Origin: Candidatus Cloacimonadales bacterium
GTDB taxonomy: Bacteria > Cloacimonadota > Cloacimonadia > Cloacimonadales > JAIOQZ01
Direction: 5' to 3'
Assembly (NCBI GenBank): GCA_963674825.1
Contig: OY771587.1
Coordinates: 3,584,001-3,648,000 of the forward strand
Length of the DNA: 64,000 nucleotides
The notes beneath the pieces were generated by a model that was not told where the DNA came from, ran no database searches, and saw nothing but the letters and a program-made list of their open reading frames with translations. Shown piece after piece: positions 11,169-19,891 of the stretch. A program made the position numbers and the translations under genes. How positions within the stretch are numbered: the first letter of the stretch is position 1; each line of letters starts with the position of its first letter.

Positions 11169-12761
11169 CTATTTCAATAGCGTCACCTTTCTTGTGCTTA
11201 GCTGCTTGCCCTCTGCGGTTAGCTTGCAAGTATAGATCCCACTCGCTTTGTCTTTGGGTTTCCAGGTCACGGCTTCACCGGCATGATCGACCGCAATCGT
11301 TTCCACCTTTTGCCCTCGTATATTATAGATTTCTATTGTTAAATCATGGTATTCGGCGTCCGTCTTGACCTCGAACGACACTTCCGGATTGAACGGGTTG
11401 GGGTAGGCGTTGAAGGTGATATCCGCCAGCGGTACGGTCTCGTCGTCGGCATCATTCGTGTCTTGCTCCACCAAATCTTCGTGACCTCCATAGACAAACA
11501 CATGACCAAAATTATTAGGCGAGGAACTGCCTTCATCGCCATAGGCTCCCACCGCAATATCGTCACAGCCGTCGTTATCGAAATCGCCAACAGCGTGGGT
11601 ATAATACCCGCCATAGCCTTCTTCCGGGGTATAACCATTATAATCCCAAGTGCCGTTCTGGTCGCCTATATAGAAATATAGGTATCCCGCATTGCCCGTA
11701 GAGATAATATAAGAATTAATCAGATCTCCTTTACCGTCGCCATTAATGTCGCCGTGGGATGGAAAGAATCTTCCGTAATATTCAATATAACCAAACCAGT
11801 CCCAATGAATGGTTTCTCCTCCGCGCCACAAGCGGCAACCAGGGGAAGGATTGCCATTTTCTCCTGCTTCAAAATAGCTATAGAAAGCGAAATCATCATA
11901 TCCGTCCCCATTCCAATCTCCCGCTGGAACGAGCATAAGATTATATCCCGCAGTCGATTCATTTACCATATGGTAATCAGCTACCGTATCTTGTGTTGCC
12001 GCTCCATAGAAAAAACAATTATGAAATGTGCTGTGCTCATCATATGGATCTTCATAGTTATACATGAAATCATCAAAACCATCTCCATTCACATCACCTA
12101 AGCCCCAAAAACCTTTACTTCCTCGTGTATATCTACCTTCCACAAACCTCACCTTCTCGAAGCTGCCGCCATACACGATGGAGTAGGTAAGAGAATAATT
12201 GCCTTCGGTTATTCCCGCATCATCGTATCCGTCGCCATTGATATCGCCCAGCGGATGAATTTCGGCGTATGTATCACTGATTTCATATTCGTAGTCAGGG
12301 ATCGTATCGTTGACGGTGTTGCCGAGAAGGATACGCATCTGTCGATATGTGTGATAAAGACCGTCAAAGGTAACTTCGATATAATTGTAACCAATATCGT
12401 CACACCCATCATTGTTCATGTCGCCAAGATTACTGATATACTCAGATGCAATGATGTGATGAAATGCGGTGTCCGCCGGTGCTGATATTGACAAATCAGG
12501 TGTCTCTGGCAAACCCGTATCTGATCCGAAATAAATATAGAGTTTTCCCCTATGTAGAACATGATCAGGATCATTATAATATTTCCTTGCATTTACAGCC
12601 AAATCATCAATGCCATCACCATTGAAGTCAAGGGCAATTACCATTTTTCCAAATTCATCACTAGATATTTCACCCTGCATTTGCCATACAATATCGAGCT
12701 GGTTTTCGGCGTATAGCAGTATACCGCTACTGAGTAGAATCAATATATAAAGGTATCGCAT
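11169..12761 (-). CDS. Secreted FG-GAP repeat protein, copy 4 (530 aa)
   Basis: Same architecture; diverged signal peptide. Confidence 0.9.
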   Translation of the reverse strand: MRYLYILILLSSGILLYAENQLDIVWQMQGEISSDEFGKMVIALDFNGDGIDDLAVNARKYYNDPDHVLHRGKLYIYFGSDTGLPETPDLSISAPADTAFHHIIASEYISNLGDMNNDGCDDIGYNYIEVTFDGLYHTYRQMRILLGNTVNDTIPDYEYEISDTYAEIHPLGDINGDGYDDAGITEGNYSLTYSIVYGGSFEKVRFVEGRYTRGSKGFWGLGDVNGDGFDDFMYNYEDPYDEHSTFHNCFFYGAATQDTVADYHMVNESTAGYNLMLVPAGDWNGDGYDDFAFYSYFEAGENGNPSPGCRLWRGGETIHWDWFGYIEYYGRFFPSHGDINGDGKGDLINSYIISTGNAGYLYFYIGDQNGTWDYNGYTPEEGYGGYYTHAVGDFDNDGCDDIAVGAYGDEGSSSPNNFGHVFVYGGHEDLVEQDTNDADDETVPLADITFNAYPNPFNPEVSFEVKTDAEYHDLTIEIYNIRGQKVETIAVDHAGEAVTWKPKDKASGIYTCKLTAEGKQLSTRKVTLLK

Positions 12762-12768
12762 GGTTGGA

Positions 12769-14493
12769 CTACCAATATCGCTTTCGCATGATGTCGATCA
12801 TCTTGGTCAGGCGGTGGCGATAGGTCTCGTTTTGAGTGATGCGACGATAGGCATTTTGCGCGTATTTTTCACGTATGTCGTCATGTTCGAGATAGAACCG
12901 CACCAGATCGGGAATTTCCTCCACATCGTTAAAGAAGACCACTTCTTCCCCATGCGTGTCGAAGATCTCTTCAAGCTGCTGTTTGTAGTCTGTCAGCAGG
13001 AATTTCCCGCACGCCGGGACGTCAAACACGCGCTGATTGACGGCGTTCTTCATCTGTCGGCTGGTCATGTTGAAATTGATGCGACTGGTATTGTAAACCT
13101 CGGGCAGATTGTCGTAATACATCACTTCGCGTTCGATGCGGTAGCGGCTGTCCAGCAGGCTATCCCAGTTCGGATCGCCAAAGATGGTCGGATAGAAATT
13201 CGCGAGCTTCTGCACACCGCTCATGCGGTAGATTTGCGTGGCACGCCACAGCACGGCTGCCTCGAAATCGAGTTGCTGCTCCAGGCTGTCAAAACGAAGC
13301 TCCGTGCCAGCTTCGCGGACGTTTTCGATCGTCTGCCGAACGTAGCGACTGTTCAGCTTGAGAAATTCCTCCGCGACCGTGTCTAGATGGTAGAGCAAGT
13401 CGCGTCGGAAAACCATGCTGCGCAGGTTCTTGTGCGTGCTGTAAACCATGCTGCTGCCCACGAAGGAGACGTCGCAGCGATAGGGTAATCCCATGGGCTT
13501 GAAGAGCTCCGGCATCGTGGCTAAAGGAAGGTAATCGACATACGGGTAACCAGCGTCGAGGACATCCTGGATGTAGTCACGATCCCAGACGAATATGTTG
13601 CAGAAATCGCTGATGTTGGTGCCTTTCCCGCTCAGGACGACAGTTGGGCTATCGACGTACCATGAGATATAAGGGATCTCGAGTTCACTGAGTAGTTCCG
13701 TCATGCGGCCTTCCTGATCGAAACCGAGATGGTTGATGGTGAGTACGAAATCGGGATGGAACTGGGCGATGAGGGTCAGAAAATTGCGCACGAACTCGTC
13801 GTACTGGTAGTTTTCCTTGTCGATGTGGATGTACTGTACGTCGTGACCGAGCTGCTGAAGCGCTGTAAGACACTCCTTTGTCAGCACATAGCCGCTATCG
13901 ATGTAGATTACCTTAACCTTGCGTGGGTCGCTGAACTTCGGGTACTTCCACTTGTCGCTAAGCTCGAACACGGGCCGCCCATCAAGTCGTCTTCGTAGGG
14001 CGTCGAAATAGCGCGGCATCAGCCGGGTGCGTTGCTTGAGCTCTGCAATACAGAAACTCCCGGCATCACCCATGAGTGCGGGGATTTCGAAATCCTCGTA
14101 GCCGATAATGAAGGTCACGTCTCCGGGTAAATCTCCCAGTTCGATGTTGTGCATGGCGAGATTGAAGAGGTGTTTATCCGGCTCTATCACAGTGATGCGC
14201 TTGCCAGGAAAACGCTCCGAAAGCGGTTTCAAGCCGTAGCCAAGTCCCATTCCGAAGCAAACTATGAGGTTTTTATCACTGCGTACACTTTCCGCCCAGC
14301 GATCGGCCTCGCGCATCGGGTAATAACTACTGTGGATCGTCACTTTCTCACCGTCGGCTTCCAGCAGAAGGCCTGGAGCTTCCTCTTTGCTTTCAACCAG
14401 CGTGAACTCCTGCGTAAAACGGCAATGGCCCGGCTTAATGTGTATATTCTCGCGACCTGTGATGATCTCGTGATTGCGCTCAAATCGACTCAT
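12769..14493 (-). CDS. CgeB-family (GT-B) glycosyltransferase with Maf-like N-terminal domain
   Basis: N-terminal IHSSYYPMREA...FGMGLGY...VIEPD; C-terminal WYVDSP, YLPLAT, FVGS, NQRVFDVPACG, TYRHRL. Confidence 0.75.
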   Translation of the reverse strand: MSRFERNHEIITGRENIHIKPGHCRFTQEFTLVESKEEAPGLLLEADGEKVTIHSSYYPMREADRWAESVRSDKNLIVCFGMGLGYGLKPLSERFPGKRITVIEPDKHLFNLAMHNIELGDLPGDVTFIIGYEDFEIPALMGDAGSFCIAELKQRTRLMPRYFDALRRRLDGRPVFELSDKWKYPKFSDPRKVKVIYIDSGYVLTKECLTALQQLGHDVQYIHIDKENYQYDEFVRNFLTLIAQFHPDFVLTINHLGFDQEGRMTELLSELEIPYISWYVDSPTVVLSGKGTNISDFCNIFVWDRDYIQDVLDAGYPYVDYLPLATMPELFKPMGLPYRCDVSFVGSSMVYSTHKNLRSMVFRRDLLYHLDTVAEEFLKLNSRYVRQTIENVREAGTELRFDSLEQQLDFEAAVLWRATQIYRMSGVQKLANFYPTIFGDPNWDSLLDSRYRIEREVMYYDNLPEVYNTSRINFNMTSRQMKNAVNQRVFDVPACGKFLLTDYKQQLEEIFDTHGEEVVFFNDVEEIPDLVRFYLEHDDIREKYAQNAYRRITQNETYRHRLTKMIDIMRKRYW

Positions 14494-14691
14494 AGTCAAT
14501 ATTCCTCCCGTGGGATCAAGTGGCTTATTTACTGCCCTATGGCTCTGTTACCACGATCATCGTCAGAGCCCGACGCGTGTCAAGAACCAAATCGGGAAGC
14601 GGTTCCTAAAAGCGGCTTCGGGCCTTTTCCTACAGCCGCGATGAAGCTTTTCTTGACACGGAAAGCCGGAAAATTTTCATGGAGAAGGTTG

Positions 14692-14768
14692 GCCCCCGTA
14701 GCTCAGGTGGATAGAGCAGTTCCCTCCTAAGGAAAAGGTCGCACGTTCGAGTCGTGCCGGGGGCGCCA
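14692..14768 (+). tRNA. tRNA-Arg (anticodon CCT)
   Basis: Acceptor stem GCCCCCG/CGGGGGC with encoded CCA, D-arm GCTC/GAGC, anticodon loop CTCCTAA, T-arm GCACG-TTCGAGT-CGTGC. Confidence 0.97.
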
Positions 14769-14832
14769 CTTAAAATGCTGATTTTTCCCTTATATACAAT
14801 AACTTACGCACCAACGCACATTCCATGCTTTT

Positions 14833-15354
14833 TATAAAGTGTCAGGCAAATTTCCAAAAAGTTGCAAGTAGTTTTCCAAATTGAAGAAAGGCAACCCGTC
14901 GAAATGAATTGCCTTATTATCGTAGTGTATTGTTTATCAGTTAGTTAGCGCTGTGTTAGCAAAATCCATTATATCATTGACTGATTGCTATCCTCTCTGG
15001 GTATTATTGGGAGGAATAGAAAAAAGCCGCGAAGATCTTCAATGTCTGATTTCTCGAAACAAGGTGCGATATGAAAAAACCATGTGTTATCTATGCCAGT
15101 ATAAAGTGTCAGGCGAATTATAAAGTGTCAGGCAAATTTCTAAATTGTTGCAAGTAGTTTTCCAAACGGCATCAGCGCCAAGGCGGCGCAATAAGCAATT
15201 CAGGCTCGTATCCAGCATCATATCAGTAAGATAATACCGTGTTGCAAGAAGTTTTCCAAATTTAAGAAAGGCGACCCATCGAAATGAACCGCCTTTTGAT
15301 TGTAATGTCTTGTTTATCAGTTAGTTAGTGCTGTGTTGCAAGTGGTTTTCCAAA
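14833..15354. repeat. Non-coding repeat region: GTTGCAAGWRGTTTTCCAAA x4, TATAAAGTGTCAGGC x3, IHF-like boxes
   Basis: 20-mer at 14861, 15147, 15241, 15335; 15-mer at 14833, 15100, 15119; TATCAGTWAGWTA at 14935, 15221, 15315. Confidence 0.85.
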
Positions 15355-15399
15355 TTCAGGTTTGATTTTGATGATCTCATTTCCATAACTCCATTATAT

Positions 15400-15615
15400 T
15401 CAGTCGGTTGGGTGTGGATTGCACGAGTTTTCTAAATCATCAGGGATGATGAGCGATTCGGCTTGGATCTTCGTCTGGATCTCTTCGAACGTATCGGCTT
15501 CAAAAGCCGGGTTATTGGTTGTTGTTATTGTTCCTGCAGGAAACTCATCACAACAACGAATTACCTGCGTTTTAGCATCCCATATGAGTCTGTATGTCTT
15601 TGTTAGTTGCACCAC
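15400..15615 (-). CDS. Small hypothetical protein, possibly phage-derived
   Basis: 71-aa ORF with GGAGG RBS directly after the LRR-like fragment. Confidence 0.5.
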   Translation of the reverse strand: MVQLTKTYRLIWDAKTQVIRCCDEFPAGTITTTNNPAFEADTFEEIQTKIQAESLIIPDDLENSCNPHPTD

Positions 15616-15624
15616 AATAACCTC

Positions 15625-16266
15625 CTACGAATCCAACGTGATATCCCAACTGCGAGCGATCAGCGTATTATAAGCTGCCTGTCCGCTTGCATCGAGATCG
15701 GCATAAGTCGTGCCACATTCGCCATAGTTCAGAGATCCACTGCTGTTACCGATTGCCTCTACATCCACAAGCATCTGCGAGATCTCGTGCGTGCTCAAGC
15801 CCGTCAGGCCCCTGAAATTGGCTTCAAGCACAACCCACGAAAGCGTTGCCGCTGTATAGGTATCGACCTGCGAACCATCCAGACGCAACAGATCCAGCGC
15901 TCTCCCGGCAAGAACAGCGATGTCGCCGTCAATCAGCGTGTTTGAGCAGGAGAAACGAATCAGGTCAGTTAATCCTCCGAGGTCGCTCAATGAGCCCGTC
16001 AGAAGCGTATTTGTGCTTATATCGACGATCTGAAGATCGACCTTATCCGAGAGCACAAAGAGATCCCCGGTGAGGGCGGTCGGATTGTTCTGCTTGGCAT
16101 AGAAGATCTTGAGTTGTGTAAGGGGAGCCAGGCCGACCGATAGGTCACCGAATGCCGCCGAAAGATGGATGTACAGATTGACGACTGATACCAGGTGCCG
16201 AAGCGTTTCGACCCGGACACCCACCCAGCTTTGATTGTACAAGTAGAAGCGCTCGATCTGGTTCAG
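15625..16266 (-). pseudogene. 5'-truncated leucine-rich-repeat-like gene fragment
   Basis: Repeating LxGDLxxL..LxxL pattern; the frame is open back to the junction with the sirtuin fragment (LNQIERFYLYNQ) with no convincing start; GC jumps at the junction. Confidence 0.55.
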
Positions 16267-17706
16267 AGCTCTTGTAATCCTGATATATTTATCTCGAACA
16301 GAGCAAACAGACAGCGTTCATAGTATATCCGAGCCTGATGTAATGGCAGCAATTTACTCCATCCCTGAATAAAACCTTTGTTCACAACATCCCATTCTTT
16401 GTGCAATCCATCTTCTCTATAGAAGCGTAAAAGATGAAGTCCAAGCTCAATACTCATTTGTCGCACTTCTTTGCTAACTCTTGCATCGGAGATATACATC
16501 CACTTGTATTTTTTCCATGTACTTGCGAAAAAATCTATCTGTTCATTGTAGATTGGGCAAAGGCTCTTATCCATCCTCCATAATTATTCAAATGCCCAGT
16601 TTAAATCGATTCTACTGCTATTGTCAGCAATATTCCCATGAAACTGACACCATTCTTCTGTGAACATTCAGATCTTTTTCCGCACTTCTTCAGGGGCGAT
16701 AACCCATCCTGGATATGATTCGCGTTGAACTTTCCAAGCTTTCAGAGTGGTTTCAATTTGCTTTTCCTTGTCAGCATCTTTACCATGCTTTGGAGATAAG
16801 GGAGAAGAAGTCGTTGGCCAGTTAAGAGCTGCCTGAGAGTTATCTTTGGACTTCAGATATTCTAAAAACCTCATCAATCCCTTATAATGTTCATCCTCTC
16901 GAATATCGTTGCAATCAGCCATGTTGATTACGACAATATTCCGTGCCTCAAGAAGCTTTTGTTGAGCTATGGACAAATTAATAACACCAACCAGGAAGAT
17001 CTTGGGGGAATAATCTCTACCTAAATTGTCTCGTATCCAGCCAATCCAACTAAGAAAATTGGGATCATCCCCAGAGAAACCAATAAGACACAACGTATTT
17101 TCCAGCAAAGACTGTTGAACCATATTGACGAACGGGGCATTCTCTTTGGGGTATATCCGGTAGTCTTCTTCCGTGATCACAAAGGGTCTGATTGACGGAA
17201 AACTACCATGTAATTTCACGATACGAGGTTGCGAGGAATGTGTAATATCCTCCTTTGTTTTCACGATATCGTATCTGCGATCAAATACCTTCGCTGTTGC
17301 TCTTTCAAGCAAAGTGTCATAATTCGTAGTAAACACATCAGACCAGGGTAAATTCAATAGCTCCGTATGCAATTCAGATGGCTCGTATTCTTTATCTGAA
17401 ATCGCATCCTGTAGTAATTGATCGAGCGTTGGCCTCCCAAATGCAGCTTGAACTTCCTCAGCTAATTTCAGCACATTCAGATACTTGACTTGCTTCCCTG
17501 GATGATTCCTATAGACCTTCTCGTAAAATATATCCCCCAATTCTGCCCAATCGGGAAAGTTATTGCACATCTCGCTATTGGGTTGTCCGTTTTTTACTAA
17601 AGCCAGATCCTACCATTACAGCTGCATGCTCTGACCAAAGTCTTTCAGCAATCTCATCGAGATAAGGGCGTATATTATCGGCTACTTGTACATTTTGCTC
17701 ATCCAT
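16263..17706 (-). pseudogene. Defence-associated sirtuin (Dsr1-like, SIR2_2 domain) pseudogene
   Basis: MDEQ...RPYLDEIAERLWSEHAAVMVGSGFSK, frameshift at an A6 run (17590-17595), then FPDW, FTTNYDTLLE, KLHGSF, LIGFSGDDPNF; in-frame stops at 16668-70 and 16584-86; 3' truncated. Confidence 0.85.
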
Positions 17707-17723
17707 GAAGGGACTCCAGGAAG

Positions 17724-18122
17724 TTAGTTATTTAGGTTTAGAACATTAACGACATTATTGGAGAGATGATGAGATATCGAGCAATAATTACTGAGCAGCT
17801 TACGAAGTACTTCCAGCCTATCCCGCATCAACCCAAGCCAAATGCTGTGCTCTACCCCGTCATCGTAGTGGTCGAAGGCATTGCCGGTATTGTAGGGCGG
17901 ATCGATGTAGATGCACTTCACCTGCCCGGCGTATTCCTCTTCGAGAGCCTTGAGCGCGAGAAGGTTGTCCCCGTGGATGAGGATGTTGTCGAAGATGTCG
18001 TCCTGGGTCACGTGGTGCGGTGCGTGGTAACTGTATTGCGGGTTTTCGAGAAGGATGCGCGGCTCCAGCCGTGGCTTGTTCTCCTTCCCGATCCATGTCA
18101 GTTCGAGCTTTTGGTTGGGCAT
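17724..18122 (-). pseudogene. Truncated type III R-M Mod-like N6-adenine DNA methyltransferase
   Basis: KLELTWIGK, NILIHGDNLLALKAL, CIYIDPPYNTG; ends after about 112 homologous residues with an abrupt GC drop; no SAM-binding motif I. Confidence 0.85.
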
Positions 18123-18163
18123 TGGGATTCGTCCTTATAGATATTTTCTTATTCAAATAATTG

Positions 18164-19864
18164 TTAGCTTCTGATTCTTGTCAATGCAACACTGTATCCC
18201 ATCGAGCGAATTGCTTGTACCCTGCCAATTAGATCAATTTTCGCAAACAACGTCAATGTACCTGAGAAATTCTTCAATGTTGTGTCGGCATTTGCAGGTA
18301 TAGAATGTTTTTCATCGTAAATAGCAAATACAATGCATATCTCTTCCCTCATTGCGGATTTAAGATCTTTCAGTTGGTGCTTATCTTTCGCTGACAAATC
18401 TGCTTTTCCATCCAAATCCGAATTATGAACCTTATCTCTAAATTCACTGTGGTGATGATATTCTTGAATCGATAGTAAACCTTGAGAAAAGAGTTCTCTG
18501 AGTGACGCTCCTGAATCATGTTTTATATGAATCAAAAGCTGTTTGTTTACTTTTTCTCCGAGTAAATCACAGAATTCGATTGTATCAAAACCACCCACAG
18601 AGCGGACAAAATGCTTATGTAAAATCGTAAATTTCGTTGCGCAACTGCTGATGTAGTCGTCTTCCGTCTTGCATGCAGTCGTCCATGATGGCATCCCGAT
18701 TTCTGTCGGACTATAGCACTTAATGCCGTTGATCTCTTTATCTATCAATTGGATGAATGCCCTATTTGCTTGATACCATCGATTGCCAATTACAAAATAC
18801 GTTTCATTTTGATATGTGACATCCCCGCAAATGTACTCCGAAAGGAGTTTTCTTGGTGTTGAGGGTCGATCATCGGAATACTTACAAACAACCTGTATTT
18901 CGCCTAACTTAGCGTTTTGGTTCAGCGAAAGGTAATCCGATACTTTGGTCATTACCTCATCTGGATCGGAAGCCGATTCCTTCCATGGACCGTCATTGAT
19001 TCTAAACTCTTCGACCTGATCAGATAGAAATCCTGTTTCCATATCATCCAGATACAATTCCCCAAGCCTGCTACCACTTTTCACCATGTTGTGTAATGCC
19101 TGAACAAGGCTATTCACCAATCTCATGCGTGTTTTAGGGTCTATGAAATCAAGTTCGGGCAAGTCGTCCGACGTTTTGCCAGTATTCCAGATATTATCAA
19201 TATCGTAGATAAATTGATGCACCTCGTCAAGGCTCTTCTTGCCCGTAATTTGCAATGAATCACCAGCAATGATACTCCTCCCTATTTCGATATCTTTTCC
19301 CTTGTATTTATGCTTGATTGTTTTTTCGCTATTTGCCGGTATTGCTCGAATATGCGTGATAATTCTATGCAAGTTGTCTATATCACCTTTCGGCCTGTAG
19401 TTTCCCTTGAAAATCCGGTCGATGCTGTTCAATATTCCATGCGTCTCTTTCTGGTTTAATCCGCGTAAGTGCAAGCTACCTAATATCTTCTTTGCTAATG
19501 TGATGCCAAATCTTGGTTCATGGTACTTCTGCGCAGTTATAGCGTGGAATCCTGTTCCCCCTGTACAGGCATAGATATTGTTCCCAACCTTAATCAAATA
19601 AACGAATCCTGAAGATTTTACTTGTGGAGGGATTCCACCGAACTCTGACAGATCCACACCCTTTCCTTTAAACAAAGTGTACCAGGGAGCGTCATTATCT
19701 TTCTGTGTTTTGAAATACAGCTCAGAGTAGAACTCAGTATTATCGAAGTGAGCGACCTGCACAAAGCCAGGAAAAGATATCGTCTGAGAGTCAACATCTT
19801 GATTTAGTTTATAAAGCGTGATTTTCTTAGCAATGTTTTCAGATTTGTTTTTGTTCTCTGTCAT
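18164..19864 (-). CDS. DUF6119/TIGR04141-like protein with predicted C-terminal PD-(D/E)XK-type nuclease
   Basis: YACTGGTGFH, EPRFGI, YFVIGNRWY, IEFCDLL...LIHIK...LRELFSQG; AGGAGG RBS before MTENK. Confidence 0.7.
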   Translation of the reverse strand: MTENKNKSENIAKKITLYKLNQDVDSQTISFPGFVQVAHFDNTEFYSELYFKTQKDNDAPWYTLFKGKGVDLSEFGGIPPQVKSSGFVYLIKVGNNIYACTGGTGFHAITAQKYHEPRFGITLAKKILGSLHLRGLNQKETHGILNSIDRIFKGNYRPKGDIDNLHRIITHIRAIPANSEKTIKHKYKGKDIEIGRSIIAGDSLQITGKKSLDEVHQFIYDIDNIWNTGKTSDDLPELDFIDPKTRMRLVNSLVQALHNMVKSGSRLGELYLDDMETGFLSDQVEEFRINDGPWKESASDPDEVMTKVSDYLSLNQNAKLGEIQVVCKYSDDRPSTPRKLLSEYICGDVTYQNETYFVIGNRWYQANRAFIQLIDKEINGIKCYSPTEIGMPSWTTACKTEDDYISSCATKFTILHKHFVRSVGGFDTIEFCDLLGEKVNKQLLIHIKHDSGASLRELFSQGLLSIQEYHHHSEFRDKVHNSDLDGKADLSAKDKHQLKDLKSAMREEICIVFAIYDEKHSIPANADTTLKNFSGTLTLFAKIDLIGRVQAIRSMGYSVALTRIRS

Positions 19865-19891
19865 TCTAGTCCTCCTGGGCATGGATGGTTT

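Larger units (their letters stand above)
6100..12761. repeat. Tandem gene array, about 1690-bp unit, with near-identical 81-82-bp intergenic spacers
   Basis: Stops at 6100, 7790, 9480, 11169; spacers 7708-7789, 9398-9479 and 11088-11168 are near-identical. Confidence 0.95.

Noticed and set aside
14719..14735. G-A mismatch at the top of the anticodon stem as an integration scar
   Set aside because: The displaced copy at 39732 has the same bases, so the mismatch is native
14861..15354. CRISPR array
   Set aside because: Repeats are 20 bp with 74-bp spacers, two spacers are homologous, and there are no cas genes
17724..18122. Functional type III R-M system
   Set aside because: Mod is truncated before the SAM-binding motif and no Res gene is present
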